Positions 16,296 to 26,109 of a stretch of 64,000 nt of DNA are shown here, piece by piece (the first letter of the stretch is position 1; every line of letters begins with the position of its first letter). The stretch comes from Deltaproteobacteria bacterium. GTDB lineage: Bacteria; UBA10199; JACPAL01; JACOUP01. Position numbers and translations under genes: made by a program. Location: assembly GCA_016177765.1 (NCBI GenBank), contig JACOUP010000008.1, forward strand, positions 641,165 to 705,164, in the 5' to 3' direction. Below the pieces are notes generated by a model, which was given only the letters and a program-made list of their open reading frames with translations, was not told the DNA's origin and did no database searches.

Positions 16296-18338
16296 TTACA
16301 AGAGGTTGAGCGGATCGATATCAACGATCAACCGCAGGCCGGATGGTAAAATACCGCCTTCTCCGGCGTCAAGGAGTTCCTTCAGCAATTTTTGAAACTC
16401 CCCCATTTTTTTGACCTTGGCCAGGAGATGCCAGCGGTACCGGTTCCTCAATTTTTCCAGCGGGCAAGGGGCTGGACCGAGGAGGGTGACCGCCAGCGGC
16501 AATTTCTCTTTGAGGAGTCCCGCCATCGTCACCGCCGTGATTTCAACCTTCTCCCGATCGGTGCCGTTCCACTCCAACCGAACAATCCTGGAGAATGGTG
16601 GGTAGTTGAGCTCTTGGCGTTCCATCAATTCCTTCCGGTAAAATTCCAGGATGTTGTGGGCAGGCAGGCTTTCAAAACAGGGGTGGTCCGGGTGATAGGT
16701 CTGGATAAAGACACGCCCCGGGTCGGAGCCGCGCCCGGCCCGTCCGGCGACTTGCAAAAGAAGATGAAAGGTTCTCTCCGAGGCCCGGAAGTCAGGGAAG
16801 TTGAGGATCGTATCGGCATTCAGGACCCCAACGAGGGTGATCCCCGGATAATCGTGCCCCTTGGCAATCATCTGTGTCCCGATCAGGATGTCAATCTCCT
16901 GGCGTTGAAGCCTTGCCAGGAGTTCAGGCCAGGCCTCTTTGCGGGTCATGGTGTCGCGATCCAATCGGGCTACACGGGCCTCCGGGAAAATCGTTCTGAC
17001 CTCTTCCTCTACCTTTTCCGTCCCAAAACCGGATTCCCGAATCCGATCGCCGCCGCACTGGGGGCATTGGGTCGGGGCCTCGACCCGCCAGTCACAGTAG
17101 TGACAGTGCAATTGCCGTTTCTTTTGATGAAGCGTGAGGGAGACATGACAACGGGGGCAAGGGAAATACTCCCCACAATAATGACAGACCAAAAAGTTGG
17201 CAAAGCCTCGGCGATTTAAAAAAAGGAGGGACTGTTGATGACGGTAAAGGTTTTCGGCAAGGGCGGCCAGCAAAGATTTTGAAAAAATGGAGGTTTTTTC
17301 CTCCTTGCGCATGTCACTAATGACAATTTCTGGCAGGGAGGCCCCCGTTGCCCTTTCAGGGAGGAAGAAATAGCTGTGGGCGCCCGTAGTGCATTGGTAA
17401 AATGATTCCAGGGAGGGGGTCGCCGAGCCGAGGAGGAGAAAAGCCCCCTCCTTTTGACACCGCCTGCGGGCGATCTCCCGCGCATGATAACGAAGGCGGT
17501 CCTCCTGCTTGTAGGAGGGGTCCTGTTCTTCATCCATCACTATCAGTCCCAGGTTCGAAAATGGTAAAAATACAGCGGAACGAGTCCCGACAACGAGAGA
17601 GCCTTCTCCGTGATAAACCCTCTGCCAGGTCTGCAACCGTTCCCCATCGGAAAGACCGCTATGGTAGAGGAGACACTGGTTACCGAATCGATCCCTGACC
17701 CTTTCCACTAATTGAGGGGTCAGGCCGATCTCCGGCGTCAGGAGGAGCACCTGTTTTTTTTCTTCAAGGAGTTTCTGAATAACCTGGAGGTAAACTTCTG
17801 TTTTACCACTGCCGGTCACGCCATGGAGGAGAAAAAGCCTTTCCCCCGACCGGCGGGCCTCATCAATTTTGGCAAGGGCAGACTTCTGGTGAGGATTTAA
17901 GTTAAGGACGGGTGGCGATGGGGAGCCCTCAACGAAAGGTCGGAGGCTGTACCTTACTGTAGTGCCGAAGACCTTCGGCGAGGGCGACCCGGAGACAGGA
18001 CCCGTCCGTATCCGAAATCGTGGTCGACCAAGTACCGCTGGCAAGGCAACCTTCAAGACCTCGCCAATCGGGCTCAGCACCTCCCGAGAGACCTCCTTTA
18101 ATAAGGCAAGCATCCGTTCAGAAAAAACCGGTTCCGGATCCAAAACCTCAAGGATCTCTTTAATCCCGCTGATAGAAGTTGTTGATGGGAATGAGAGGAC
18201 GATCCCGACCATCTTTCTTCGGCCAAAAGGGACCAGTACCCTCGATCCAGCCTTTATTGGAGATAACTGGCCCGGCGCAAGCCGGTAAGTAAAGGTCCGG
18301 TTTTTAGGAATCGGCAGGGCGACTTCGACAAAAAGCAT
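16296..18338 (-). CDS. priA: Primosomal protein N' (PriA helicase).
   Basis: LLHGVTGSGKTEVYLQ is Walker A, followed by DEEQD and Cys4 zinc-binding CxxC pairs. Start re-derived at MLFVEVALPIP. Confidence 0.9.
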   Translation of the reverse strand: MLFVEVALPIPKNRTFTYRLAPGQLSPIKAGSRVLVPFGRRKMVGIVLSFPSTTSISGIKEILEVLDPEPVFSERMLALLKEVSREVLSPIGEVLKVALPAVLGRPRFRIRTGPVSGSPSPKVFGTTVRYSLRPFVEGSPSPPVLNLNPHQKSALAKIDEARRSGERLFLLHGVTGSGKTEVYLQVIQKLLEEKKQVLLLTPEIGLTPQLVERVRDRFGNQCLLYHSGLSDGERLQTWQRVYHGEGSLVVGTRSAVFLPFSNLGLIVMDEEQDPSYKQEDRLRYHAREIARRRCQKEGAFLLLGSATPSLESFYQCTTGAHSYFFLPERATGASLPEIVISDMRKEEKTSIFSKSLLAALAENLYRHQQSLLFLNRRGFANFLVCHYCGEYFPCPRCHVSLTLHQKKRQLHCHYCDWRVEAPTQCPQCGGDRIRESGFGTEKVEEEVRTIFPEARVARLDRDTMTRKEAWPELLARLQRQEIDILIGTQMIAKGHDYPGITLVGVLNADTILNFPDFRASERTFHLLLQVAGRAGRGSDPGRVFIQTYHPDHPCFESLPAHNILEFYRKELMERQELNYPPFSRIVRLEWNGTDREKVEITAVTMAGLLKEKLPLAVTLLGPAPCPLEKLRNRYRWHLLAKVKKMGEFQKLLKELLDAGEGGILPSGLRLIVDIDPLNLL

Positions 18339-18431
18339 GGTGAAATCCTTAGCAGGTCCATTAGCTAGAGGCAAAAAATCTCTCATTGAACTCTGTTATT
18401 TTTTTGGTTAGGGTCCGTCCGCCGTTAGAAA

Positions 18432-18505
18432 CGGGACGTAGCGCAGCCCGGTAGCGCACCTGCTTCGGGAGCAGGGGGTCCGGGGTTCAAATCCCCGCGT
18501 CCCGA
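18432..18505 (+). tRNA. tRNA-Pro (anticodon CGG).
   Basis: Acceptor CGGGACG pairs with CGTCCCG. The D-arm is GCGCAGCCCGGTAGCGC. The anticodon stem CCTGC/GCAGG carries the loop TTCGGGA. The T-arm is CGGGGTTCAAATCCCCG. CCA is not encoded. Confidence 0.85.
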
Positions 18506-18521
18506 CAATTCACTTTCTGGA

Positions 18522-18893
18522 TCATGAAAGATATTTCCTGATTTTGATGATGAGAAAATCGAGGTCACAAGGTTTTTTAATAAATTCCCTGGCCCCCAAT
18601 TTTTTGACTTCTTCTTCGAGACCCGCCCTATCAACACCGGTCAGAACCAGGACAGGGATCTTTTCGGTCTCCCGGTGAGAACGGAGATTATCCAAAACGG
18701 TGGCCCCTTCTCCCACCGGCATCCGCATGTCGAGGATGATAAGGTCCGGTTTCTTCTTGTGGGCCAGCTCGATGGTACGAACCCCTTCATAGGCAACGCA
18801 GGTCTCAAAACCGTTTCTCTCCAGTCCGTCGCGAAGGGTACGGACAAGATCCCGATCGTCATCCGCCACCAAAATGGTCCGTTTGCCCTCCAT
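18522..18893 (-). CDS. Single-domain CheY-like response regulator.
   Basis: ILVADDD...DLIILDMRMP...KPCD are receiver motifs. A GGAGG RBS lies before ATG 18893. Confidence 0.8.
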   Translation of the reverse strand: MEGKRTILVADDDRDLVRTLRDGLERNGFETCVAYEGVRTIELAHKKKPDLIILDMRMPVGEGATVLDNLRSHRETEKIPVLVLTGVDRAGLEEEVKKLGAREFIKKPCDLDFLIIKIRKYLS

Positions 18894-18967
18894 CCCCCAA
18901 AGACCTCCGGCTCTCATAGCGATTATACCACAAGTTCCCTTTTGCCAAGACTGATTTCATCTCAACC

Positions 18968-19717
18968 CTAGACCCTCGGCAAAAACAGTTCCAGAAAGTG
19001 TGAGATGGCGGTCTTGGCGGAATTGGCGAATTTCCGGAAGCGGACAAGTTCAAAAATTTTTCCCGGTTCCTGAAGCAGGAACTGGACCGCCCTGATCGGA
19101 CTGATGGACAGATCGGGCCTCAAGAACTGTTCAAAATCGGGGAGCGCCTGCGACACCGGATCGAAAATCGCCCGGACCGCCAGAAACGGCAATTTTTTCC
19201 TGACCGCCCAACGGGCCACCTCGGCCGTTTCCATTTCCAAGGCCAGAACCTCAGCCCGCGTCCCCAAAAACGCCTTTTCGTGTGGTTTCGCAATAATCTT
19301 GTCGACGGTCAACAGAGAGCCCTGATGGTACGGCAGTTTTCCCGCCTCAGCCACTTCTTTGGCCAGATTGAGCCATTTTTGAGTGGATCGGGCCACGACC
19401 TCAACATCCGGATTCAGGACACGGACATCGGTCGCCAAGATGAGATCACCCGAGGTGATGGCCGGTTGAGTCGCCCCGGCACAACCGGTCGAAAGGAGCA
19501 GACTGGGGGCATACCGTTCAAAAAGGAATGAAAGCGCCTTGAAGGTATTCCCCCGCCCCATACCGGTCCGGACGAGGAGAATAGGAACCCGCTGAAACTC
19601 CCCTTCGACGATCGTCAATGGGGGTTGGTTCACGACATGCCGTGGAGTCACCCGCCCGGTAAATCCCTTTAGTTCATCACGCAGGGCGGCGATGATGGCG
19701 ATCGGCTGAGGCGTCAC
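18968..19717 (-). CDS. Nucleoside phosphorylase family protein, MTA/SAH nucleosidase- or futalosine hydrolase (MqnB)-like.
   Basis: IAIIAALRDELKG...STGCAGA...GDLILATDV follows the PNP_UDP_1 family pattern. Confidence 0.55.
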   Translation of the reverse strand: MTPQPIAIIAALRDELKGFTGRVTPRHVVNQPPLTIVEGEFQRVPILLVRTGMGRGNTFKALSFLFERYAPSLLLSTGCAGATQPAITSGDLILATDVRVLNPDVEVVARSTQKWLNLAKEVAEAGKLPYHQGSLLTVDKIIAKPHEKAFLGTRAEVLALEMETAEVARWAVRKKLPFLAVRAIFDPVSQALPDFEQFLRPDLSISPIRAVQFLLQEPGKIFELVRFRKFANSAKTAISHFLELFLPRV

Positions 19718-21288
19718 AAGACTCTCTGGTATTGTTCAATGGTCTGCTTCCAAACCGGCACACCGCAGTAACGATCCCCTTCGGGGCAATACGGGGTCTC
19801 CCCCGCCCTCTTTCGCAGATAGCAGGGGGCCAGGATATGCCCGGCAATCCGGGGATGGATCTCTTTGACCTGACTGATTTCATCGATGGTCGCAAAAAAG
19901 ATTTCCTCTTGGCTGTCGTAACAGGCCCGCGTCCGCCACTTATGGTGGAGATTCAAGAGATCCCCCGACTCCGTGAAGCGGATCGGAAAGGCGTTGGGCA
20001 GGAGGTAGAGCGCCTTTTCCGGTTCAACCCCGTCGTCCAGCAACCGATTGATCTCGGAAAAAAGACCACTCATTGTTTTTTCAAAAAGTTCCCGGGCCGG
20101 GTCAAACTCCTTAACCAGCATCGGGAGGAGATAATCGGGACGACCGGTGTAATGGGTCTTGAGGATCGGTCGCGAAGCGGGCGTCATCCGGTGGCGTTGG
20201 TCCTGAGAATCGGCGGTGTGGGAGATTTTCTTCTGAAAGGTATAATGCGGGTGCACCATCGCCCGGGAGAGTTTGCTCAAGCTGTTAATATTTAAGGTGT
20301 CGCCAAGGTAGGAATTTCGGGCCGGGTCCATCGCGAGGGTGATCGCCTCGTCATCGGAGAGTTTTTCGCGTGTCAGCCCAAAGAGCTGCCGGACCGACTG
20401 GGCCAGACTCTCTTCGGCATTTTTTTTATAGTCCACCAATTTAGAGACATGCCCTTCCAGTGATCGGTCAAACTCGTCGATAAAATTCTGCGAGGAGTTC
20501 AAACGATCGGTGGTTTGAAACTGTTCTAAAATTTTAAACTCCGGTGTCTCCTCCAGCGGCAGGGGGTCTTTCAAATCCTTTTCAAAATCAGGATCGATCT
20601 TTTTCACCTCCTCAACCATCCTCTCCACCACGTAACGCTGTTCTTCTGGCGTATCAAAGAGCTGGCAGAGGCGCCAGTAGCGGATCAGCGTCAAGGCGCT
20701 GACCGAATGATACATATAGGCATGGATCGCCACCGGCAGGAGGTAGCGGGCCACCTCGTACCCCCTTTTCTTCAGGGCGTTTTCGTATTTCCCTGCAACC
20801 TTTTCCCTCTGGGGAAAGATCTTGTAAAACCGACGCCGGATCTCCGGCAAAAGGATCTCAATCATCTGGTTGTATTTTTCCATAAGGCCGTCAACCACCG
20901 TCACATACCGCTCGGCCTGTTTTTCCGAAAGTCCAGGGATGGTGTAATGCCCACGGGCCACCTTCACATACCGCTGACTCACCTGTTCCGAATTATAATA
21001 AGGATGGCTGTGCAAAAAAGACCAGATGAACTGCCGGCTGATCTTGTCCAGGGCAAAGACAAAGGTGGCATGCTGGCGTGTCGTGAGGTGCCCGGCATGG
21101 AGGGTCGATTGGGCGATCTTGTCCCGCAACACTAATGCCTTTTCATCCTTGGTGACGTCGTCAAGGCTCACAATCCCCCTGGAGGAATAACAGGTCCGGG
21201 CGGTCGCCACCGCCAGGTTGTACGGTTGCTCAATCACCCCTTCAAGGGTCACCACCGGCGGTTCGGAAAGGAAGGGGGAATTTGTCAT
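19714..21288 (-). CDS. Divergent ThyX-fold (flavin-dependent thymidylate synthase-like) protein, 525 aa.
   Basis: GHLTTRQHATFVFAL...SRQFIWSFLHSHPYYNSEQVSQRY corresponds to the ThyX segment GHETPFEH.VFTF....ARQ..RHR.......S.RY, but RHR reads HSH. The ORF-track start (21543) would overlap the divergent neighbour. I re-derived the start at MTNSPFL (21288). Confidence 0.5.
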   Translation of the reverse strand: MTNSPFLSEPPVVTLEGVIEQPYNLAVATARTCYSSRGIVSLDDVTKDEKALVLRDKIAQSTLHAGHLTTRQHATFVFALDKISRQFIWSFLHSHPYYNSEQVSQRYVKVARGHYTIPGLSEKQAERYVTVVDGLMEKYNQMIEILLPEIRRRFYKIFPQREKVAGKYENALKKRGYEVARYLLPVAIHAYMYHSVSALTLIRYWRLCQLFDTPEEQRYVVERMVEEVKKIDPDFEKDLKDPLPLEETPEFKILEQFQTTDRLNSSQNFIDEFDRSLEGHVSKLVDYKKNAEESLAQSVRQLFGLTREKLSDDEAITLAMDPARNSYLGDTLNINSLSKLSRAMVHPHYTFQKKISHTADSQDQRHRMTPASRPILKTHYTGRPDYLLPMLVKEFDPARELFEKTMSGLFSEINRLLDDGVEPEKALYLLPNAFPIRFTESGDLLNLHHKWRTRACYDSQEEIFFATIDEISQVKEIHPRIAGHILAPCYLRKRAGETPYCPEGDRYCGVPVWKQTIEQYQRVL

Positions 21289-21399
21289 TGGGGTCGTAAT
21301 CCTAGTCTCGGCTACCGGGATTGTCCACCGGCTATTTTGATGGCAACTTTGCCCCTCAACTGCCGATAATAACGACATCTTTTGAGAAAGGGGTTTACC
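21289..21399. promoter_or_regulatory. Divergent intergenic region between the ThyX-like operon and the DUF4116 operon.
   Basis: This 111 nt lies between two re-derived start codons. It contains TTGATG and GATAAT hexamers, although their spacing is non-ideal. Confidence 0.25.
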
Positions 21400-22125
21400 A
21401 TGGGACTCCAGGGTTTTAAGGATGCTCAGATCCGACAAAAAGTGGAAGCCGCAATCCACCAGGTTTGCGGTGACCCTCACCAAAATTGGTGGTGTGACCC
21501 GGCGACCTACACCAATGCCAACCTCACCGAGGTTGCCAATCATCCGAATCTTTTCTGCTCTTCTGCCTACAAAGATAGCGGGAAGGGGCTCTGCGACATT
21601 TTAAAGGATGGAGATGGGGGAGATCAGGCGTCAGCGGTTGATGATATAATCCAAAGATGGGCCGGAGTCAGTCTCTACATCCAAGGCCTGAGGATCGGCA
21701 CAAGGATCGAGGCGTTCGGGCAGGCCTTTAAAAGCTACGCGGTCCAAATGGCTGATAAAAATTATAAAGCGGACCCTTCCCAAAAAATGAAATACCTTAA
21801 AATGATGGAGGCCTCTCGCCTCGAGATAGAGGCAATCTTAAACGGCCTCGATGCCCCCTTCGGAGAAGCCAGTGATGCGGCAGATTCCATGACCCAACAA
21901 TTCAGGGAGGCCAACCGACCGACCGGTGGTTCAACAGGCTGTCTGTTCCCCCCATTTGCCTCTCTTTTCCGATCGGTCCGGACAACCGCCCCTGATGAGG
22001 GGGTCTCTTTTGAACAGTTGCCGGCAATCGTCCGGAAGGGACTGGACCGACAGAAGGAACCCTTCGATGTCCTCTTGAGGGGAGAGATCCCGGTGCCGGC
22101 CGAGGTCAAAAAACCTGCCCCATGA
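21400..22125 (+). CDS. Hypothetical protein of 241 aa with no recognisable domain.
   Basis: A continuous ORF with AAAGGGG before ATG 21400. Its stop overlaps the next gene's start (ATGA), so the two are translationally coupled. Confidence 0.5.
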   Translation: MGLQGFKDAQIRQKVEAAIHQVCGDPHQNWWCDPATYTNANLTEVANHPNLFCSSAYKDSGKGLCDILKDGDGGDQASAVDDIIQRWAGVSLYIQGLRIGTRIEAFGQAFKSYAVQMADKNYKADPSQKMKYLKMMEASRLEIEAILNGLDAPFGEASDAADSMTQQFREANRPTGGSTGCLFPPFASLFRSVRTTAPDEGVSFEQLPAIVRKGLDRQKEPFDVLLRGEIPVPAEVKKPAP

Positions 22126-25091
22126 GCCTTTACGAAATCAACGGTCAAAGGAGCACTCAGGAAGAGTTCCTCCGGCTGAAGGGGATGTTTGAAGAACTTG
22201 GCCACCCGACAGAAGCGGTCTTTGCTGAAGACCCTGACGGGGTCTCGCGCATCACAAGGACAGAGCTGGACCAACTGCTTGATCCTGATAACGACTCCCA
22301 GCTCACGATCAGGGACTTCGCCGCGATCCCTTGGAGCCAGATGGGAACCTTCCTCCCGAGCATTGACAGGATTCTGAAACGTCACGGCTATTCCATGGCG
22401 GAGAAAATAACCGACTTAAGGACCGGCGTCAAGGTCTGCCGTGTTCTTGAGGACCCGCAGGATTGCTACTTGAGGGCTATACGAATGAACCCGTCGAATA
22501 TCCTCTGGATAGACAAAAAATCAGCGGACGATGGACAGCTCCTGACAACAGTCATTATCAACGTTGACGACCCGGACCTGCTGCAAAAGGCCAAGGAACG
22601 CCTTGCCCAACTGCGGTCCCCGGAGTTTGCCGACCGGCCGTCGGCCGATTTTACCAATGACCGGAAATTCGCCAATGAGGCCTGGGGAATCCTGCGCCGG
22701 GACCGCGAGTTCATGCTCTTGGCCTGCCAAAGATTTCCTGACCTCTTTCTCCGGTTTGCCGATGAAGGGCTTTTGAAAGATGCCGATTTCATACTAACTC
22801 TCGCCGAGGCAGGGACCATTGTTAAGGGCAATGTTGTCGATCCTTCCTTGTGGCAAAATCGGGACTTCGTCCGGAAGATGGTTGGCACATACGGGGGTTA
22901 TCTCAATTACGCCAGGGCCTTTCAGGATGATGACGAGATTGTTTCGATCGCCGTCCATGCCCCTTTTGGAGGGGCCGTCTATTTTTCGGCGAGCGAACGA
23001 TTGAAGGCAAGACCCGATTTTTTTCTGGCGGCCGTCGGGAATCCCGCGATCAACATCCTCTACCAGGCCCCTGATTCAATCTTGAGTGACATCCCAACGA
23101 TGAAGGCGGCGGCCCGGAAGGTCTTTGAGGGGATGGAACAAGACCTCTTCCTCAGACCCTGGAATCCAGAGGAGACCGCTTTATCCCGCTTCCCGGACCG
23201 GATGTTTGAAGATGACACCCTCTTTAGCGTCATTTTAAAGGCGGCCTTTTGGGAGACCACCTCTGCCAACCCCTACCTCTGGCAACACCCCCGCCTTGCC
23301 CTGAGGGCCCTCCGGATGTTTGAAAAGGAAAAAGACGAGGCCCGTACTCTTTATGCCAAGGCCCTCATCAAAAGATTTTCTGAAGACCATGCCTATGCGT
23401 TGGAGTTGGTGCAGATCGATGGGACCGCTCTTAATCTCCTGAATTCAAAGTGGGGGAAAGACGCGGAAATCGCCCTCGCCGCCGTTGGTCAAAACGGCTG
23501 GGCCTACCCGCTTGTTGATGCCGGCTTACGGAAGAGTGACCCAAGGATCCGCAACAGCGCCCTCCAACAGATCTATGGAGATTCTCTCTACGCCGACCCA
23601 AAGAGTTGGGAAGACCCGGGGCCGGTCATCGAGGCATTGGATCTGGATAAAAGGGCAAGACCCTTTGCCGCGGATAGATTGAACGATCCCGATTTTGGCC
23701 GCCGGATGGCGGCGATTGACGGCCTCTCGATCCGCCACCTCCCTTACCCTCTCAGGGAAAACCCGGTGATCTTTAGAGAGGCCATTGCCCAAAATGGACT
23801 GGCCCTCGGACTGGCCCCCCGGTATGACCCCCCCAACGACCACCCGATCGCCACCGAAGAACTCTCGGAGATCGCCATCCGTCAAAACCCGCTTGCCTAC
23901 CGATATGTCGACGACCGTTTTAGAAATGAAAGATTGTTCAGGATCGCCCTGGAAAAATTCTACGGGGCCGGCTCCGTTTATGCCAACCCGACCACCTGGA
24001 AAAATCCTGAGGCGGTGGATCAGGCGATTCAGGACAACCCGGACGCAACCGCCTTTGTTTGGGATTCCCTGCAAGACCGTCGGTTTGCAATGGCCCTTGT
24101 CCAGCGGGATGGCCGGTATTACGATCTCCTCCCCTTCTCTTTACGCGAAGAGCCGGAAATCGCCCTCGCCGCCGCCAAGGATAACGACTCTGCCTTCAAA
24201 TCAATCGACCTGGAGGCGCAGGGGGTGGAATATATCGCCCGTGCCGCCGTGGTCAACACCCGCGCCGTCCTGAAAAATGCAGGTGCGACAAGAGATAAAA
24301 TCTGGAAAACGGTGATTGAGGCCTTGCACGCCGAGGGGGCCTGGTTCCCTCCGGAGATAGAGACGGATGAAAAAAGTTTCCATGCCGGACTCAAAAAACA
24401 GTACGGCATCTCCCATCCGGAACGGTTCCGTTCCTTTGCCACCCTCTACCGACTGATCCAAAACAGGGAAAAACGGGGACCGGAGGACACCAGAGAAACC
24501 GCCCTCCTGATCTACCCGGCAATCGATTGGAACGGGGCCTTTGAGGACTCCCCGGAAATAGAACGGTTTGCGAGAAACGACGGATTCAGGACTATTTATT
24601 TTGAAGCGGATCGCGACGCGGATATTGTCGCCATCCTCGACCACTACACAAACTGGGGCCGTGAACCGGTCCACACCGGTCTCTTGGCGGCGCACTCAAA
24701 TTCCCATGAGCAGGTCTACGGTTATCCTGGTGATGGAGAAGAAGCGGCGCTGGATGTTGATGATTTCGAAAAACCGACCTTTGCCCGTTTTGGTCGGTAT
24801 TTCAAACGCCAGTTGTTGGTCATCGGCTGTTCTGTCGGTCGGGGGCGAGAAAAAGGGATTAATCTGATGAATCCGATGGCGAATCGCCTCCCCCCCAGTG
24901 TGAGACTTTACGGTTCCACAATAGAACAGGGTGTAAAAGAGGTCCGGTTTGCCGGCCTGGAACTGAAACCAAGATGGCCGTACGATGGTTCTGTCTATAC
25001 GACCCGAGGCAGGAGGCAAACCGATCTCCCGCCCAATACCGCTCCTGATACCGCTCCCGACGTGACCCTCATCACTACTGTGTATCGCTGA
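22122..25091 (+). CDS. DUF4116-repeat protein of 989 aa with a C-terminal His/Cys (CHAT/caspase-like?) module.
   Basis: At least 6 repeats of the type ...E(F/I)(A/M)L(L/A)A(V/C)...NG.AL.YA... are present, and the C-terminus carries HTGLLAAHSNSH ... QLLVIGCSVGRG. There is no signal peptide. Confidence 0.65.
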   Translation: MSLYEINGQRSTQEEFLRLKGMFEELGHPTEAVFAEDPDGVSRITRTELDQLLDPDNDSQLTIRDFAAIPWSQMGTFLPSIDRILKRHGYSMAEKITDLRTGVKVCRVLEDPQDCYLRAIRMNPSNILWIDKKSADDGQLLTTVIINVDDPDLLQKAKERLAQLRSPEFADRPSADFTNDRKFANEAWGILRRDREFMLLACQRFPDLFLRFADEGLLKDADFILTLAEAGTIVKGNVVDPSLWQNRDFVRKMVGTYGGYLNYARAFQDDDEIVSIAVHAPFGGAVYFSASERLKARPDFFLAAVGNPAINILYQAPDSILSDIPTMKAAARKVFEGMEQDLFLRPWNPEETALSRFPDRMFEDDTLFSVILKAAFWETTSANPYLWQHPRLALRALRMFEKEKDEARTLYAKALIKRFSEDHAYALELVQIDGTALNLLNSKWGKDAEIALAAVGQNGWAYPLVDAGLRKSDPRIRNSALQQIYGDSLYADPKSWEDPGPVIEALDLDKRARPFAADRLNDPDFGRRMAAIDGLSIRHLPYPLRENPVIFREAIAQNGLALGLAPRYDPPNDHPIATEELSEIAIRQNPLAYRYVDDRFRNERLFRIALEKFYGAGSVYANPTTWKNPEAVDQAIQDNPDATAFVWDSLQDRRFAMALVQRDGRYYDLLPFSLREEPEIALAAAKDNDSAFKSIDLEAQGVEYIARAAVVNTRAVLKNAGATRDKIWKTVIEALHAEGAWFPPEIETDEKSFHAGLKKQYGISHPERFRSFATLYRLIQNREKRGPEDTRETALLIYPAIDWNGAFEDSPEIERFARNDGFRTIYFEADRDADIVAILDHYTNWGREPVHTGLLAAHSNSHEQVYGYPGDGEEAALDVDDFEKPTFARFGRYFKRQLLVIGCSVGRGREKGINLMNPMANRLPPSVRLYGSTIEQGVKEVRFAGLELKPRWPYDGSVYTTRGRRQTDLPPNTAPDTAPDVTLITTVYR

Positions 25092-25149
25092 TCAAAACCT
25101 CACTTTTTCGGGGCAACTCTCCGCGGCTGGTGCCGATAAGGGGGCCGTT

Positions 25150-26109
25150 ATGGGCCCTTCCTGCCAGCATCTTGCCGCTTCCGACTCAATTGCCGCCGGG
25201 CTTTGTGGGCAGGCGGAATTGGCAGGGGCACTCTCAATGGCAGGGGACAACCCTTCCGCCCCCCAAGTCTATCAGGCCTCTATTGATACCTGTGAGGGAG
25301 AGTTCTATCGGGCGGCCCTCCGTCTCAGGACCCAATTTGGTGGGGACCCTTCCTCCGGAGTTGATCACCACTCACTCCCCTTTTGCGCGCGGCTCCAGCA
25401 AGAGTATCAAACAGAGATTCCCTGGCTCCCATCCGGAGACCTCTTCGTCAAAATAAACCAAAAGATAGAAATGGTTGGTTTGGATCTGCAAAGGCAAGGC
25501 CTGGTCCCTGGAACCCCCCTCTTCCGCAGAGATCTTGCCAACAAACTTTACCGCTGGACAAGGCTCCCGGAATCGGAAGGAGGGTTGGGTATCCAAAATG
25601 ATGACCGATTCCAATCACTCCTTGATGGGAGCTGGAGGGAAAAGGATCTGGGTGAGATTATTAAGGTAAAAAAGGTCGTCTGTCTTGAATTCGCCAAACT
25701 CCTCCGGACCCTCTTTTTGATGGCTGGTATCGACTCCCGCTTTGTCCGGGCCCTGGATAAAGAAGGAAACGCGATCGATCATATCGCCATTGAGGTCTTT
25801 TTCGACCCCAATGATCCTGATAACCATGTCGTTATTGATGCTCGGCAAAACCCTGAATGGGTCGCCCAACCCAAAGCGACGGGGTATCAACCGATCACGA
25901 GCCGTGTGGCCCTTTCCTACCACCATTTCAACGCCGTCCAAAGACAACCGGCCAGGGTCGAATCCTGGGTTGGCCCAAAACCGGCCTCCGTCGCTGAGGC
26001 CGAAAGGATTGAGAAAGGACACCTCCTGACCGGGATCCGTCTTAATCCGGATGATCCTGTCGGTCGTCGGCTCTACGACCGGTGGAAGAGTTGGCACAAG
26101 GAAGATTAG
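25150..26109 (+). CDS. Transglutaminase-like (papain-fold cysteine protease) domain protein.
   Basis: VVCLEFAKLLRTLFLMAGIDSRFVR...GNAIDHIAIEVFF...DNHVVIDA shows a Cys, His and Asp triad in canonical spacing. Confidence 0.6.
   Translation: MGPSCQHLAASDSIAAGLCGQAELAGALSMAGDNPSAPQVYQASIDTCEGEFYRAALRLRTQFGGDPSSGVDHHSLPFCARLQQEYQTEIPWLPSGDLFVKINQKIEMVGLDLQRQGLVPGTPLFRRDLANKLYRWTRLPESEGGLGIQNDDRFQSLLDGSWREKDLGEIIKVKKVVCLEFAKLLRTLFLMAGIDSRFVRALDKEGNAIDHIAIEVFFDPNDPDNHVVIDARQNPEWVAQPKATGYQPITSRVALSYHHFNAVQRQPARVESWVGPKPASVAEAERIEKGHLLTGIRLNPDDPVGRRLYDRWKSWHKED

Noticed and set aside
16392-17219. 275-aa plus-strand ORF antisense to priA
   Set aside because: It is antisense to a clearly conserved helicase gene and has no motifs.
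18425-18637. 70-aa minus-strand ORF overlapping tRNA-Pro
   Set aside because: It overlaps a well-formed tRNA and the response-regulator 3' end, and has no RBS, so it is spurious.
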